Shown here piece by piece: positions 48,542 to 58,632 of a stretch of 64,000 nt of DNA. The stretch is from Acidobacteriota bacterium (GTDB taxonomy: Bacteria > Acidobacteriota > Terriglobia > 20CM-2-55-15). Both the position numbers and the translations under genes were made by a program. The stretch covers positions 4,213-68,212 of the forward strand of contig JAJEEE010000057.1 in assembly GCA_022821145.1 (NCBI GenBank), written 5' to 3'. Position 1 is the first letter of the stretch, and each line of letters starts with the position of its first letter. The notes under the pieces were generated by a model. The model saw only the letters and a program-made list of their open reading frames with translations. It was not told where the DNA came from and did no database searches.

Positions 48542-50033
48542 GAAACGACTCCAGCTCGGGGCTGTCCACGTCGCGCGCCCGATCGAACGACGCGACCGGG
48601 GACCCGGTCCGCACCTGCTCCAGCCACAGCACGCCGTCGTAGGGCGTGCTGTTGCCGCGCGTCGTGACGAAGTCGACGTCGCCGTCGGCGTCCATGTCCC
48701 GGGCGATGAACTTGTCGAACATGCCGCGCCGGCGGCGCGAGATCTCGTGCCGGAGCCAGCCGTCGGCACCGTCGTTCTCGAACCAGACCAGCACGCCGGC
48801 CGCGGAGTCGACGGCCAGGTCCAGGTCGGCGTCGCGGGCGCCGCCGCTGTAGCCGCCCGTCATCACGTCGGGGCGCCCGTCCCCGTTGACGTCGGCGACG
48901 ACGATGCCGACGACCTCGTCGGGGTGGTAGTCGGCGATCTCGTGGAGCCGCCATTCCCCGTCCAGGCTCTCGGGTTGCTCCAACCAGACCAGGGAGCGGC
49001 CCAGGAGCGTCGAGAACTCGAACGTCACGATGTCGAGGCGGCCGTCGCCGCTGAGGTCCACGTAATCCATGTTGAAGCCGCTGACGAGCGCGTCCTCGTC
49101 GCCACGCCGGCCGGGCGGCCGTTCCTCGCCCGTCAACGACGTGCCCGCAATCCGCATCGGATGCTCCGTGAACGCACCCGCCCCGTCATTCTCGAACACG
49201 ATCATGCGCGTCTCGGCCACCGAGCCGCCGACGATGTCGATGTCGCCGTCACCGTCCAGGTCGACGGGCTCGGAGTTGATGGGCCAGACGACGCGCGTCA
49301 GCTCGTGCTCGATCCAGGCGTCGGGCTCCAGAGGGTCGCCGGCGATCTCGAGCCAGGAAATGGCGCTCGCCGGCTGGTCGCGGCGCGGGCTCTGCGCGCC
49401 CTTGTTCGGCGTCATCACCTCGGGCTGCCCGTCGCCGGTCAGGTCCGCGATGAACGCGCGGATGTAGGAGCCGCGGCCGTTCGTCACGGGCGGAATCAGG
49501 CGGGGCCACGCCTCGGTCGCCCGGATGTCCGTCCCCGGGTTCTGGAAATAGATCAGGTGGGCCAGCTCGCAGGCGGCCACGATATCGAGAAACCCGTCCC
49601 CGTTGAGATCCGCGATGGCGACGTCTTCCGGCGCGGCCGCCTCGGCGCCGCTCGAGAGCGTGGTCAGATCCCACGCGTCCGGGTCGGCCGAGCCGAACGC
49701 CACGCGGATATGGCCGTCGGGCACGCCGTCGTACTCGACGTCGGACTCGTGGACCGAGACGATGTCCATGTAGCCGTCGCCGTCCAGGTCGGCCATCGCC
49801 AACCCGTCGCTGCCGGCGATGGCCTCGCCGCCGATGGCGGGATCGTCGACAATGTGCTCGCGCCAGGAAATGTAGCGGCCGTCGTCGGCCATGGCCCGGG
49901 TGGGCGTCGAGGCGACGCCCACGCCCGGGTCGGCGTCCGGCGGGCCGCCGTCCGGCTCACCGCCGCACGCGGTTGTCAGAAGGGCCGAGCCGACGATAAT
50001 CGCCCATGGCGCACGCATCAGGGATTCCCGCAT
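48534..50033 (-). CDS. FG-GAP/VCBS-repeat lipoprotein (about 7-blade propeller)
   Basis: Lipobox LTTAC; seven D-x-D/N-G-D-G-type repeats. Confidence 0.85.
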
Positions 50034-50039
50034 CGTGTG

Positions 50040-50068
50040 ATCGTATTCCCGGCGACAGGGTATGTCAA
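50040..50068 (-). promoter_or_regulatory. Putative sigma70 promoter giving a leaderless FG-GAP/pirin transcript
   Basis: TTGACA (50068-63), 17-nt spacer, TACGAT (50045-40), then 6 nt to ATG 50033. Confidence 0.65.
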
Positions 50069-50116
50069 AAAGCGGCCGGAACGGACGGGCGATTCTCGGT
50101 GAGGTGGCCGGGCGAG

Positions 50117-50133
50117 GCGTCAGCCCAAGAAAC
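50117..50133 (+). repeat. Dispersed 17-bp repeat identical to 16104-16120
   Basis: GCGTCAGCCCAAGAAAC occurs exactly at both positions, each intergenic. Confidence 0.85.
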
Positions 50134-50215
50134 GAGACCGACACGGTGCGGCGGCCCGGATGGCCGTGCGGGCGCGTGTGTCAACAAGCGCCATAACGAC
50201 AATCGCCGTGGACGC

Positions 50216-50827
50216 TCATCGAGAAACGGATGGGTCGGGATCCATGCGCGGCGCATCGGCCGCGAGCCGTTCCAGCTCGTCGACGACCCGCTCCAACTCG
50301 TCGACGAGCGGCGTGCGGCCCGCCCGGATCAGCGTATCCAGCACGGACCGGTAGTACCACAGGGTCCCGTCCTTGCGAGCCCGGAACCGATTCCAGATGT
50401 CCGCGCCCACGCCGCGGTAGTCGCTCACGATGCAGCGCGCGTTGTGGAGCTTGTCCGCGGCGCAGACCAGGCGGACCGATTCGGACGCGCCGCCGAGCCG
50501 CGCGATGAAAGCCCGCTTCCGCTCTTCCCAAGGAGGTTTCGGCGTGGTGTCGGAATCCGTGCAGCCGTCGACTATTGCGGTCACGCGCTCGCCGAAACGG
50601 CGGCGAATCTTCGCCCGCGCCGTCTCCCCGCCCTGGTCTTCGATGGCGTCGTGCAACAGCGCGGCGATGGCCTCGTCCTCGCCGCCTCCGTGCTCGATGA
50701 CCAGCGACGCGACGGCCAGCGGATGCGAGATGTAGGGAACGCCGGTGCCTTTCCGCCGCTGCTCACGGTGGAGGTTGGCGGCGAAGGCGAGGGCGTCGTC
50801 GAAACGTCGGGTGAGCGCGACAGGCAT
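50216..50827 (-). CDS. HD-domain protein (small alarmone hydrolase/MESH1-like)
   Basis: HREQRRKG...PYISHP, AALLHDAIEDQ, ADKLHN. Confidence 0.88.
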   Translation of the reverse strand: MPVALTRRFDDALAFAANLHREQRRKGTGVPYISHPLAVASLVIEHGGGEDEAIAALLHDAIEDQGGETARAKIRRRFGERVTAIVDGCTDSDTTPKPPWEERKRAFIARLGGASESVRLVCAADKLHNARCIVSDYRGVGADIWNRFRARKDGTLWYYRSVLDTLIRAGRTPLVDELERVVDELERLAADAPRMDPDPSVSR

Positions 50828-51052
50828 GGCGGCGCACGATTGTACCCCGCCGGCGGATCGTAGTCCCACCGTTCGCCGCGTTTGGGCGTACCGTTCCGAT
50901 GCGGTAGTCTTGAAGACGCCGCCGGCGGCGTCCACGACTCCCTCTCCGACGACGAACCGCCCTTCGCGCGTTGTCCGGCGGGCGACGAGCCCAAACCCAG
51001 GCGGGATGCACTGAACGCGTTCGAATCCCGCCGCTTTCAACGAGGTTCCACG

Positions 51053-52072
51053 ATGAGATTCAAGATCATGGACACCGAAGTCGAGGTGCCGTCCTTCCGG
51101 GAGACGCACATTTCCCGGCGGCCGATCCTGATCGGACTGGCCGCCGTCCTCGCTTTGGTCGTCTTGCTGGGCACGGTCTACCAGATCGCCCCCGAGGAAG
51201 CCGGCGTCGTGCTCCGGCTCGGACGCTACGTCCGCACGACGGATCCCGGGCTGCGTTTCAAGTTTCCGCTGATCGAACAGGTCACCAAGGTTCCCGTCGA
51301 GCGCCAGCTCAAGCAGGAGTTCGGGTTCCGCACCGAAGAGGCCGGCGTTCAGAGCCGTTTCTCGACCGCCGGACTCGAAGACGAATCGCTGATGCTGACC
51401 GGCGATCTGAACGTCGCCGTCGTCGAGTGGATCGTGCAATACCGGGTGGCCGATCCCTACGACTACCTGTTCCGTGTGCGCAACGTCGAAGAGACGTTCC
51501 GCGACATGAACGAGGCGGTCGTCCGGGCCGTCGTGGGCGACCGCACCGTGACCGAAGTCCTGACCATCGGACGGCAGGACATCGAGGTGACGGCGCAAGC
51601 GGCGCTGCAGGAGCTCTGCGACCAGTATCAGAACGGGATCCGCATCGAGCAGATCGTGCTGCAGGACGTGAACCCGCCCGACCCGGTCAAGCCGTCGTGG
51701 GACGAGGTGAACCAGGCGCAGCAGCAGCGCGACCGGATGATCAACGAGGCGCTGACCGACTACAACAGCGTGATCCCGCGCGCGCGGGGCGAAGCCGAGC
51801 AGACGATTCTCCAGGCCGAGGGATACGCCCTGAACCGGGTGAACCGGTCCGAGGGCGACGCGGCGCGGTTCACGGCCCTCTACGAAGAGTACCGGCAGGC
51901 GCCGGAAGTGACGCGCCGCCGCATGTACCTGGAAACCATGAGCACGACGATGGCAAGGGTTTCCCACAAGGTCATTCTGGACAGTGACGCCCAGGGCGTC
52001 CTGCCGCTGCTGCCGATCGACGGCATCGGGAACCGGCTGGCCAGCAACGCGCCCAACCAGGGAGGCAACTGA
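51053..52072 (+). CDS. hflK: FtsH protease modulator HflK
   Basis: SPFH domain; MLTGDLNV, ARGEA, YRQAPEVTRRRMYLETM. Confidence 0.93.
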   Translation: MRFKIMDTEVEVPSFRETHISRRPILIGLAAVLALVVLLGTVYQIAPEEAGVVLRLGRYVRTTDPGLRFKFPLIEQVTKVPVERQLKQEFGFRTEEAGVQSRFSTAGLEDESLMLTGDLNVAVVEWIVQYRVADPYDYLFRVRNVEETFRDMNEAVVRAVVGDRTVTEVLTIGRQDIEVTAQAALQELCDQYQNGIRIEQIVLQDVNPPDPVKPSWDEVNQAQQQRDRMINEALTDYNSVIPRARGEAEQTILQAEGYALNRVNRSEGDAARFTALYEEYRQAPEVTRRRMYLETMSTTMARVSHKVILDSDAQGVLPLLPIDGIGNRLASNAPNQGGN

Positions 52073-53007
52073 TGAGGAACACCGGCACGAAAATACTCGC
52101 CGCGGCGGCCGCGGTCGTCGCCTTGATCGTCCTTTCCAGCGCTCTGTACATCGTCGACGAAACGCAGCAGGTCATCGTCACGCAGTTCGGCGAGCCCGTG
52201 GGCGACGCCGTGAACACCCCGGGTCTGCACGTCAAGTTGCCGTTCATCCAGCGGGCCAACTATTTCGACAAGCGGTTCCTGGAATGGGACGGCGACGCGA
52301 ACCAGGTGCCGACGCGCGACAAGCGGTTCATCTGGGTGGACGCCTACGCGCGCTGGCGGATCAGCAATCCGCGGACGTACCTGGAACGGCTTCGCGGCGA
52401 CGAAATCACCGCGCAGTCCCGGCTGGACGACATCCTGGACGGCGAGACGCGCAACTCGGTGGCCCGCAACGACCTGGTCGAGGTCGTGCGGACGACCAAC
52501 CGCGTGCCCGCCACGACGGAGAGCGACGAGGAGGAAACCGGCACGCTCGAGGACATCACGACGGGACGCGCCGACATCGCCGAGGTCATCCGGCAGACGG
52601 CGGCCCCGCGGCTGGCCGAGCTGGGGATCGAGCTGGTCGATTTCCGCTTCAAGCGGATCAACTACGTCGCCGAGGTGCAGCAGGACGTGTTCGCCCGGAT
52701 GATCGCCGAACGGCAGCGGATCGCGCAGCAATACCGCTCCGAGGGCGAGGGCGAGGCGGCTCGGATTCGGGGGGAACGGGAACGCGACCTCCAGCAGATC
52801 CAGTCGGAAGCGTACCGGCAGGCCGAGGAAACCCGGGGCGTCGCCGACGCGGCCGCGACGGGCATCTACGCCGAGGCCTACGATCGCGATCCCGCGTTCT
52901 ACGCTTTCCTGAAGAGCATGGAGACGTTCCAGACGGCGATCGACCCGAACACGACGCTGGTGCTGACGACGGACGGCGAACTGCTCCGTTATCTGGACAA
53001 CCCGTAG
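52072..53007 (+). CDS. hflC: FtsH protease modulator HflC
   Basis: VTQFGEP, PGLHVKLPF, RMIAER, FYAFLKSMETF. Confidence 0.93.
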   Translation: MRNTGTKILAAAAAVVALIVLSSALYIVDETQQVIVTQFGEPVGDAVNTPGLHVKLPFIQRANYFDKRFLEWDGDANQVPTRDKRFIWVDAYARWRISNPRTYLERLRGDEITAQSRLDDILDGETRNSVARNDLVEVVRTTNRVPATTESDEEETGTLEDITTGRADIAEVIRQTAAPRLAELGIELVDFRFKRINYVAEVQQDVFARMIAERQRIAQQYRSEGEGEAARIRGERERDLQQIQSEAYRQAEETRGVADAAATGIYAEAYDRDPAFYAFLKSMETFQTAIDPNTTLVLTTDGELLRYLDNP

Positions 53008-53106
53008 TCGAAGCGCCCGGCGGCGGGCGTCCGGCGCGGCGAATGGCCGTCGACCGGACGCTCCGCCGGGGTCCGGAATCGAACGGCTCGTCCGACGACG
53101 ACTCCG

Positions 53107-56100
53107 CTACGTGTCGCGTATCGAGACGTCGATGACGCAAACCGAAATCTTGCGCCTTTCGTCATCGGAGAGCGTACCCGTCAGACGCTCTTCGAGTTCG
53201 CCGGCGCTCTTCGGCGGCGGCCCCTCGCCCGGCGTCGGCCGGCAACGTTCCGTGTGTCCGAACCAGAAAACGAGATAGATGCCGTAACCGTGCGCGCCCG
53301 AATCCCGGGTGTATTTGGCGATCAACTGCGTCCGGACCGCGCTCCAAAGATCTCGATGGCAGCTCTTCTTGATCTCCACGGGGACGTTGAAGCCATCGAA
53401 GGAGACACGAATGTCCGACCTCTTGTCATCGGCGTATCGTGCCTCGGAATGCGCGTTGATGTTCAACGGGCCTATTCGAGTCTTCAAAACGGACAGGAGG
53501 GCGTCGCGGCACGCGTCTTCCGGTTTCGGGTCCAGAGGCCGATTGTAGGAGTCCACGTTCCAATACTGCCGCCAGTCCGACGTGTCCCCGTCCCGTATAT
53601 TTCTCGAAATCTCGCGCAAATGCTCGAGGGTCAGCGCGGCCAAATCGGCGGCGTTGGTCGGTGATTGGTTGTCCAGCACGGCAATCACGTTTTCGACATC
53701 GAACCGGCGGAATTCCGCTTCGCGTCGCGCGGCGTTTTGCCGATACGCCGCAACGTCGAGTTGGAATCGCCATGCGCGCAGGCTGTCGTCGGACGACAGT
53801 GCCTCGAGTGCCTCCGAGGCCGCCCGGGACGGGATGGCGGCAAGGTGGCTGATGTACGTCTCGACAGTCAAACCCGTGGCCATGGCCGACGTGTGCCCCC
53901 GGCGTTCCGCGGAATCGGATCCATTGGACTCCGGATGACGAGAAAGAAGTCTGCAGGAGCCGCCAATCAGCCGAATCAAGATCGACAAGACCGGAACGTC
54001 GAAAGCAATTGTTAGCCGTGGGGACAATCCGTTAACGGCAAAAAAGTCCACGAGATGCCCGATCCGGCGTTCGTTCCCGGCCACGCAGAACTCCAGTTCC
54101 TCCAGATACCGCTCCGGCGAAACCGTCAGCCCGGCGGCGAGCCAGTTGACGCGCTGTCCGACGCTCATGCTTCGGTGCGCGAGCCTGCGGTCGATCAACT
54201 CAAGTAAACGCTTCTCCTGACCGTCCCGCCGAACCGATCCGAGCAGAACGCTCAAGTTCCAGAGTTGCCGATTCGAACAGCGCACGGGAAACGCTTCCAG
54301 CAAGGCCAGTGACGCCAAGTCCGAGACGGCGGCATGGTCCTCGTCGAGCAATTCATGGACGCCGGGAAAATAGTCCGCGCCGCTGCGCATCCTGGACGCG
54401 GTGGATCGAATCAGGACGTCGGCAACCACATGGGGACGAGACGCCAGCAACGGCGAGAACCACGGCGGCGTCCGTTGCGCGGGATGCCGCGTATACGGCC
54501 GCATGGGAACGGTGTAGTGGATGGCAACAGCCACCCGGATCTGTGCTTCGTCGAGCAAAAGCTTCCCGTGCGGGGCGTTCCGAAACTGCTCGTCGAGTCC
54601 GGCCATGATCGGAAGCGCCAAGTGGTGCGTCCGACTCCGGGCGTTGAGCTCCAGAATCTCGGCCAACGTGGGGGCATCGCTCCTGGCGATCGATCCGCGA
54701 AAGCCTTCCAGAACAGCGGCAATCAGGCTCTCGTCGCCACCCAGCAGGTCACCCAATCGTTCCGTGCCGGTACGGCCCACAATGTCGACGAACTCTCCGA
54801 AGTAGATCCTGGCCAACTCGTGAAGTAGTTCCGGAGACACCCGACCTTCGCGGAACGCCGCCTCGCGAGACTTCACCCGGTCTTGCCAGTCCCGCCGTAT
54901 TTGCGCGTCCCGGGTCTGCTCTGTCAGCTCGTAGCGTTTTCTCCATTCACCGACCCCGGCACGAAACCCTTCGAATTCGGCCCACTCCTTGTGGAACAGG
55001 TTCAGCAGGTACGTGTTGCCGGCCAGCTTGCGTTCGACGGCTTCGCGAGAAAGATCCCCATCATGAATACGCTGGTTCAGGCAACGCGCGACCTCGCTCA
55101 TGAACCAGGCTGCGGCGTCGCCGTCTTCGGCGGCGATGGCTCGGTCGAGGCACCAGGATCCGTAATCCGGCGTTTTGGCTCCGAATAGACGGTCTTCGAC
55201 CGCATACATGCAGCGGCGAAAATCCCCAGAGCGAACGCTTTGCCCCACGCCGACGTCGATGATCGTCTTCAACTCGCCGGGATGGCTGTCCAACCAGGAT
55301 CTCAAGTATTCGGCGCCGTCTTTGTCCGTTCGAAGTTCGGGATCGGACACGATCCCCAGCCAATCGAAAAGCCGTGTGGTATCGACTCTGTCTAGAGATG
55401 TCTCCAGGTAACGTTTCAAGAGGACTACGACGATCGGTCGAAGAAAGGCCGGGTTCCCCCGAGATCCCACGAATACGGGTTTCAGTCGATCGAACTGCCG
55501 GGCAATCGCGTCGAGGATTTCGGCCAGTTGGGCGTTCGTCGACGTTTCCGGAACCCGACCGGTCCAAAACCGCACATAACTGGCAACGAGCGAAGCATTC
55601 TTTGGCGTCCGCAAGTACCGGATGCTGTCGGATACCGACAGATGCGCGGGATACAACTCGGTCAACAGACAGCCCAGCAACTCATCGTCGGGATCCGATA
55701 CCCGTTCGGCATCCACATCCGCGAGCAGCGCCTCGAGTTCAGCGAAAACCTTTGCGTCGTCTGTTCCGTTCCGGACGAAGACCTGGACCGCACGCCGTCT
55801 GATCTCGGACTGCCATGCGCCGTCTCTGACGATGTCCACCATGACGTCGGCGAGTCCGAGGACCGGCGTTCCATGCGCGAGCGCTTCGACAAGGAACCGG
55901 ACCAAGGCCTGACGCGCGTCGTCCCTCGCCGGATCGTTCAGAAATCGTCGAAAGACGTCCGCCATGTCCGGCGTTGCAAGGTCGCCCAGCCGAGGATCCA
56001 ACTGGATCGTCCCGCCAAGCCAGGGATTCCTCTGTGTGTCCCGGCACAGGCAATCCAGTACTCGACGCTTGTCTTCGGTCGAGAAACCTCGGACGTCTCC

Positions 56101-57219
56101 GTAGAGGACGGTTCCGAGCGGATCGCGCGTGATCAGTTCCGCGCGGCCGCGTCGACTATGCGCAGCAAGCCAAGCGGCCAGACCGCGCAACTCCGACACC
56201 GGGACACCGTCATGGCCGGTCATCAGGGCCAGAACACGTCCGACCGGCAGACCCCGGTCGATTAGCGCGGCCAAGTGCCGGGCACCGAGAAACTCGGCGA
56301 TCTGGCGGTGAACCGGGACCGCGCAACCGTCGCTAGGCGCCTCGAACAGCTTGGTGCCGAGCGCGTGCCGCAGGATGTCACGGTCTTCGCCGGGTATCGT
56401 TTCCGATCCCAGGTATTCGCTATCGCTCTCGCCGCCGACAAGGGCGAATCCGGCGCTGCCGGTCAGCAGTTGCACCGCGCAAAGCCACCCCGCGGCGTCC
56501 ATCAGATCGGAAGTATCGAAGCGATTCCGGGTCGCGATCCGGTGTTCCTCGTTGTGCTCGCGGAGCAACGTGCGGCACGCCAGATCGAACGTCTGCAAGC
56601 GCGACTCCGGCCAAACGCCGTCCGAAACGGCCTTCGCCAGCATCTCCAGGCTTTGGGGATTCGACAGAAGAGTATCGATTCCCCTCTCGCGGGCCGAGCT
56701 GACCAATTCATCCGCGTCTTCGATGCCGAAGTTGGCCCGCAGGATCTCGCGAATGTCGGCATCGGAGAGTGGGTTGAGGCGCAGGACCGTCACCTTTTTG
56801 TCCCGCGATACGTTCTTCAGATGATCTCGGTCGTTGGCTCCGAACCAGTCCGCCTCGCGGCAGGACAAGCGGAACTTCGGGCGGTCCAGTTGGTCGAGCC
56901 GGGTGCGGATGTTGTCGAGCGGCGTGCGACCGTCCTCGGACCCGGCCCGCGTTTCGTCGAGCCCGTCGATGAACAGTGTCGTGTCGCGCCATTCGGCTCG
57001 TTCGTCGAACGTAGTGAAGTCGCGCGCAGTGACGTACGGCCCACCCGTTGACTCGGCTTCGCTTCGGAATGCCGTCGTCTTGCCGGCGCCGGGAGCGCCG
57101 AGTAGCACGCACGCATCCATTTCCCTGAAATCGTCCAACGGCCGGGGCGTGTTGCCCGGATCACCGCTGTAGGCGCCTCTCTCGATCACGGTGCACGTGC
57201 GTGGAACGATGCGCTTCAT
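53107..57219 (-). CDS. NACHT/STAND-like NTPase with a C-terminal PD-(D/E)xK-like domain (1370 aa)
   Basis: Walker A GAPGAGKT, Walker B LFIDGLDE, LSCR, NPQSL, HRQIAEFL; C-terminal RSDIRV...VPVEIK...QLIAKY...GIYLVFWFG. The ATG overlaps the upstream stop codon. Confidence 0.78.
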   Translation of the reverse strand: MKRIVPRTCTVIERGAYSGDPGNTPRPLDDFREMDACVLLGAPGAGKTTAFRSEAESTGGPYVTARDFTTFDERAEWRDTTLFIDGLDETRAGSEDGRTPLDNIRTRLDQLDRPKFRLSCREADWFGANDRDHLKNVSRDKKVTVLRLNPLSDADIREILRANFGIEDADELVSSARERGIDTLLSNPQSLEMLAKAVSDGVWPESRLQTFDLACRTLLREHNEEHRIATRNRFDTSDLMDAAGWLCAVQLLTGSAGFALVGGESDSEYLGSETIPGEDRDILRHALGTKLFEAPSDGCAVPVHRQIAEFLGARHLAALIDRGLPVGRVLALMTGHDGVPVSELRGLAAWLAAHSRRGRAELITRDPLGTVLYGDVRGFSTEDKRRVLDCLCRDTQRNPWLGGTIQLDPRLGDLATPDMADVFRRFLNDPARDDARQALVRFLVEALAHGTPVLGLADVMVDIVRDGAWQSEIRRRAVQVFVRNGTDDAKVFAELEALLADVDAERVSDPDDELLGCLLTELYPAHLSVSDSIRYLRTPKNASLVASYVRFWTGRVPETSTNAQLAEILDAIARQFDRLKPVFVGSRGNPAFLRPIVVVLLKRYLETSLDRVDTTRLFDWLGIVSDPELRTDKDGAEYLRSWLDSHPGELKTIIDVGVGQSVRSGDFRRCMYAVEDRLFGAKTPDYGSWCLDRAIAAEDGDAAAWFMSEVARCLNQRIHDGDLSREAVERKLAGNTYLLNLFHKEWAEFEGFRAGVGEWRKRYELTEQTRDAQIRRDWQDRVKSREAAFREGRVSPELLHELARIYFGEFVDIVGRTGTERLGDLLGGDESLIAAVLEGFRGSIARSDAPTLAEILELNARSRTHHLALPIMAGLDEQFRNAPHGKLLLDEAQIRVAVAIHYTVPMRPYTRHPAQRTPPWFSPLLASRPHVVADVLIRSTASRMRSGADYFPGVHELLDEDHAAVSDLASLALLEAFPVRCSNRQLWNLSVLLGSVRRDGQEKRLLELIDRRLAHRSMSVGQRVNWLAAGLTVSPERYLEELEFCVAGNERRIGHLVDFFAVNGLSPRLTIAFDVPVLSILIRLIGGSCRLLSRHPESNGSDSAERRGHTSAMATGLTVETYISHLAAIPSRAASEALEALSSDDSLRAWRFQLDVAAYRQNAARREAEFRRFDVENVIAVLDNQSPTNAADLAALTLEHLREISRNIRDGDTSDWRQYWNVDSYNRPLDPKPEDACRDALLSVLKTRIGPLNINAHSEARYADDKRSDIRVSFDGFNVPVEIKKSCHRDLWSAVRTQLIAKYTRDSGAHGYGIYLVFWFGHTERCRPTPGEGPPPKSAGELEERLTGTLSDDERRKISVCVIDVSIRDT

Positions 57220-58493
57220 GGTTCGTCGAACCACTCCCCGGCCGGGATGGACAGGAACTCCGGAAGCGGCCGTCCGCCCTCCCCGACGAGTATCGAGAAG
57301 GTGACGCCGAACCGCTGTCCGAATTCCGTCAGCCCACTCACGCTCGCTTTCCGCAAACCGCTCTTGACCTCGAACGCGGCCAACTTCTTCCCGCGTTGCA
57401 GAACGAAGTCGACCTCGTGATTGTCGTCCCGCCAGAAGTAGAGCCGGTCTCCCGCCGACTTGGTGTTGAACAGATGCGCGCCGACCGCGCTTTCGACCAG
57501 CCGGCCCCAGAAGCTTCGGTCGGACCGCGCCTCTTCGAACGTGTATCCGGACTGGGCGGCCATCAGAGCGGTATTCAGCACGTTGAGCTTGGGACTCGAG
57601 GCCCGGCGGCGTTGCGCGCGGCCGGCATACTTGGCGAGACCGGCGATCAGGCCGGCGTCCGACAGCAGGTCGAGGTAACGCGCCAGGGTGGTCGTGTTAC
57701 CCGCGTCCTGAAGTTGCCCGAGCATCTTGTTGTAGGACAGGATCTGGCCGGAATAGTCGGAGCCGAGATCGAACAATCGCTTCAGCAGCGCCGGCTTGTC
57801 CACTCGCTGCATCGCCAGAATGTCGTGCTCGATATTGGGTTCGACCAGCGATTCCACGATGTATTGGCGCCACCGATCCTGCGCGGGAACGAGCGGCGCC
57901 GCGCCCGGGTAGCCTCCGAAGTAGATGTAGGTCGGCAGATCGAAGTCGAACGCGGCCGCCATCTCGGCGAATGACCAATGGGAGAGATGAATGGTCTCGT
58001 AGCGGCCGGCCAGACTCTCGATCATGCCCTTTTGCGTGAGCAGCGGGGCCGAGCCCATCAGAATCACGTGCAGTGGACGTTCGTGACGCCGGTCCGCATC
58101 CGACAACCCCTTGACCGCCTCCGACCAGTTCGGGATCTTCTGGATCTCGTCGATCGCCAGAACGAAGCCCCGTTCCGAACGGTCGGCTTCCATTCGAGCC
58201 TGCTCCCAGTGACGGACCAGCCAACGCACGTCCCGCTCGCCGGCTAGGCGGCCGGGCGCGTCGCCGGGGTACACGTTGGTACTCGTTTCACTTCCTGGGA
58301 ACGGTGGGAGCGTGGCAGAATCCGGCTCATCGACGGACACGTAGCGGTTCGGCCGGTCGATCCGGGCCAGCACCTGGCAGACAAGCGTCGTCTTGCCCGT
58401 CTGACGCGGCCCGGTGACGACGATCAACCGTCGCGGGGCCTCCCCCAGACGGCTGATGAGCGTCGACTTCTGTGCGCGTTCATAGGCGCTCAT
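57216..58493 (-). CDS. AAA_14-family ATPase with a C-terminal DUF4143 domain
   Basis: GPRQTGKTT, AIDEIQ, GGYPG, ESAVGAHL, EVDFV...FEVKSG. Confidence 0.92.
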   Translation of the reverse strand: MSAYERAQKSTLISRLGEAPRRLIVVTGPRQTGKTTLVCQVLARIDRPNRYVSVDEPDSATLPPFPGSETSTNVYPGDAPGRLAGERDVRWLVRHWEQARMEADRSERGFVLAIDEIQKIPNWSEAVKGLSDADRRHERPLHVILMGSAPLLTQKGMIESLAGRYETIHLSHWSFAEMAAAFDFDLPTYIYFGGYPGAAPLVPAQDRWRQYIVESLVEPNIEHDILAMQRVDKPALLKRLFDLGSDYSGQILSYNKMLGQLQDAGNTTTLARYLDLLSDAGLIAGLAKYAGRAQRRRASSPKLNVLNTALMAAQSGYTFEEARSDRSFWGRLVESAVGAHLFNTKSAGDRLYFWRDDNHEVDFVLQRGKKLAAFEVKSGLRKASVSGLTEFGQRFGVTFSILVGEGGRPLPEFLSIPAGEWFDEP

Positions 58494-58501
58494 TCCAAGA
58501 T

Positions 58502-58539
58502 GATGCGTCTATTGAGTAAATGTTCTCAATAGACGTATC
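58502..58539. promoter_or_regulatory. 15-bp inverted repeat (operator) over the promoter of the ATPase island
   Basis: GATGCGTCTATTGAG-N8-CTCAATAGACGTATC (one mismatch). On the minus strand, TTGAGA-N18-CATCAT lies 6 nt before the ATG. Confidence 0.7.
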
Positions 58540-58632
58540 GGATGAACTTCAGCGCGACGGCTGCTCGCGGTCAACGAAGCGGCATGGCCGCCCGGTCACC
58601 GGAAACGCTGGGGCCCGACGGTCGGCGGCCCA

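Noticed and set aside
50915-50932. Perfect 18-bp GC palindrome GACGCCGCCGGCGGCGTC
   Set aside because: Low-complexity GC sequence with no U-tail and no second copy seen; function unsupported.
51019-51029. GTTCGAATCCC tRNA T-loop-like motif
   Set aside because: The flanks do not form a T-stem or cloverleaf; it is part of a simple GCGGGAT/ATCCCGC hairpin.
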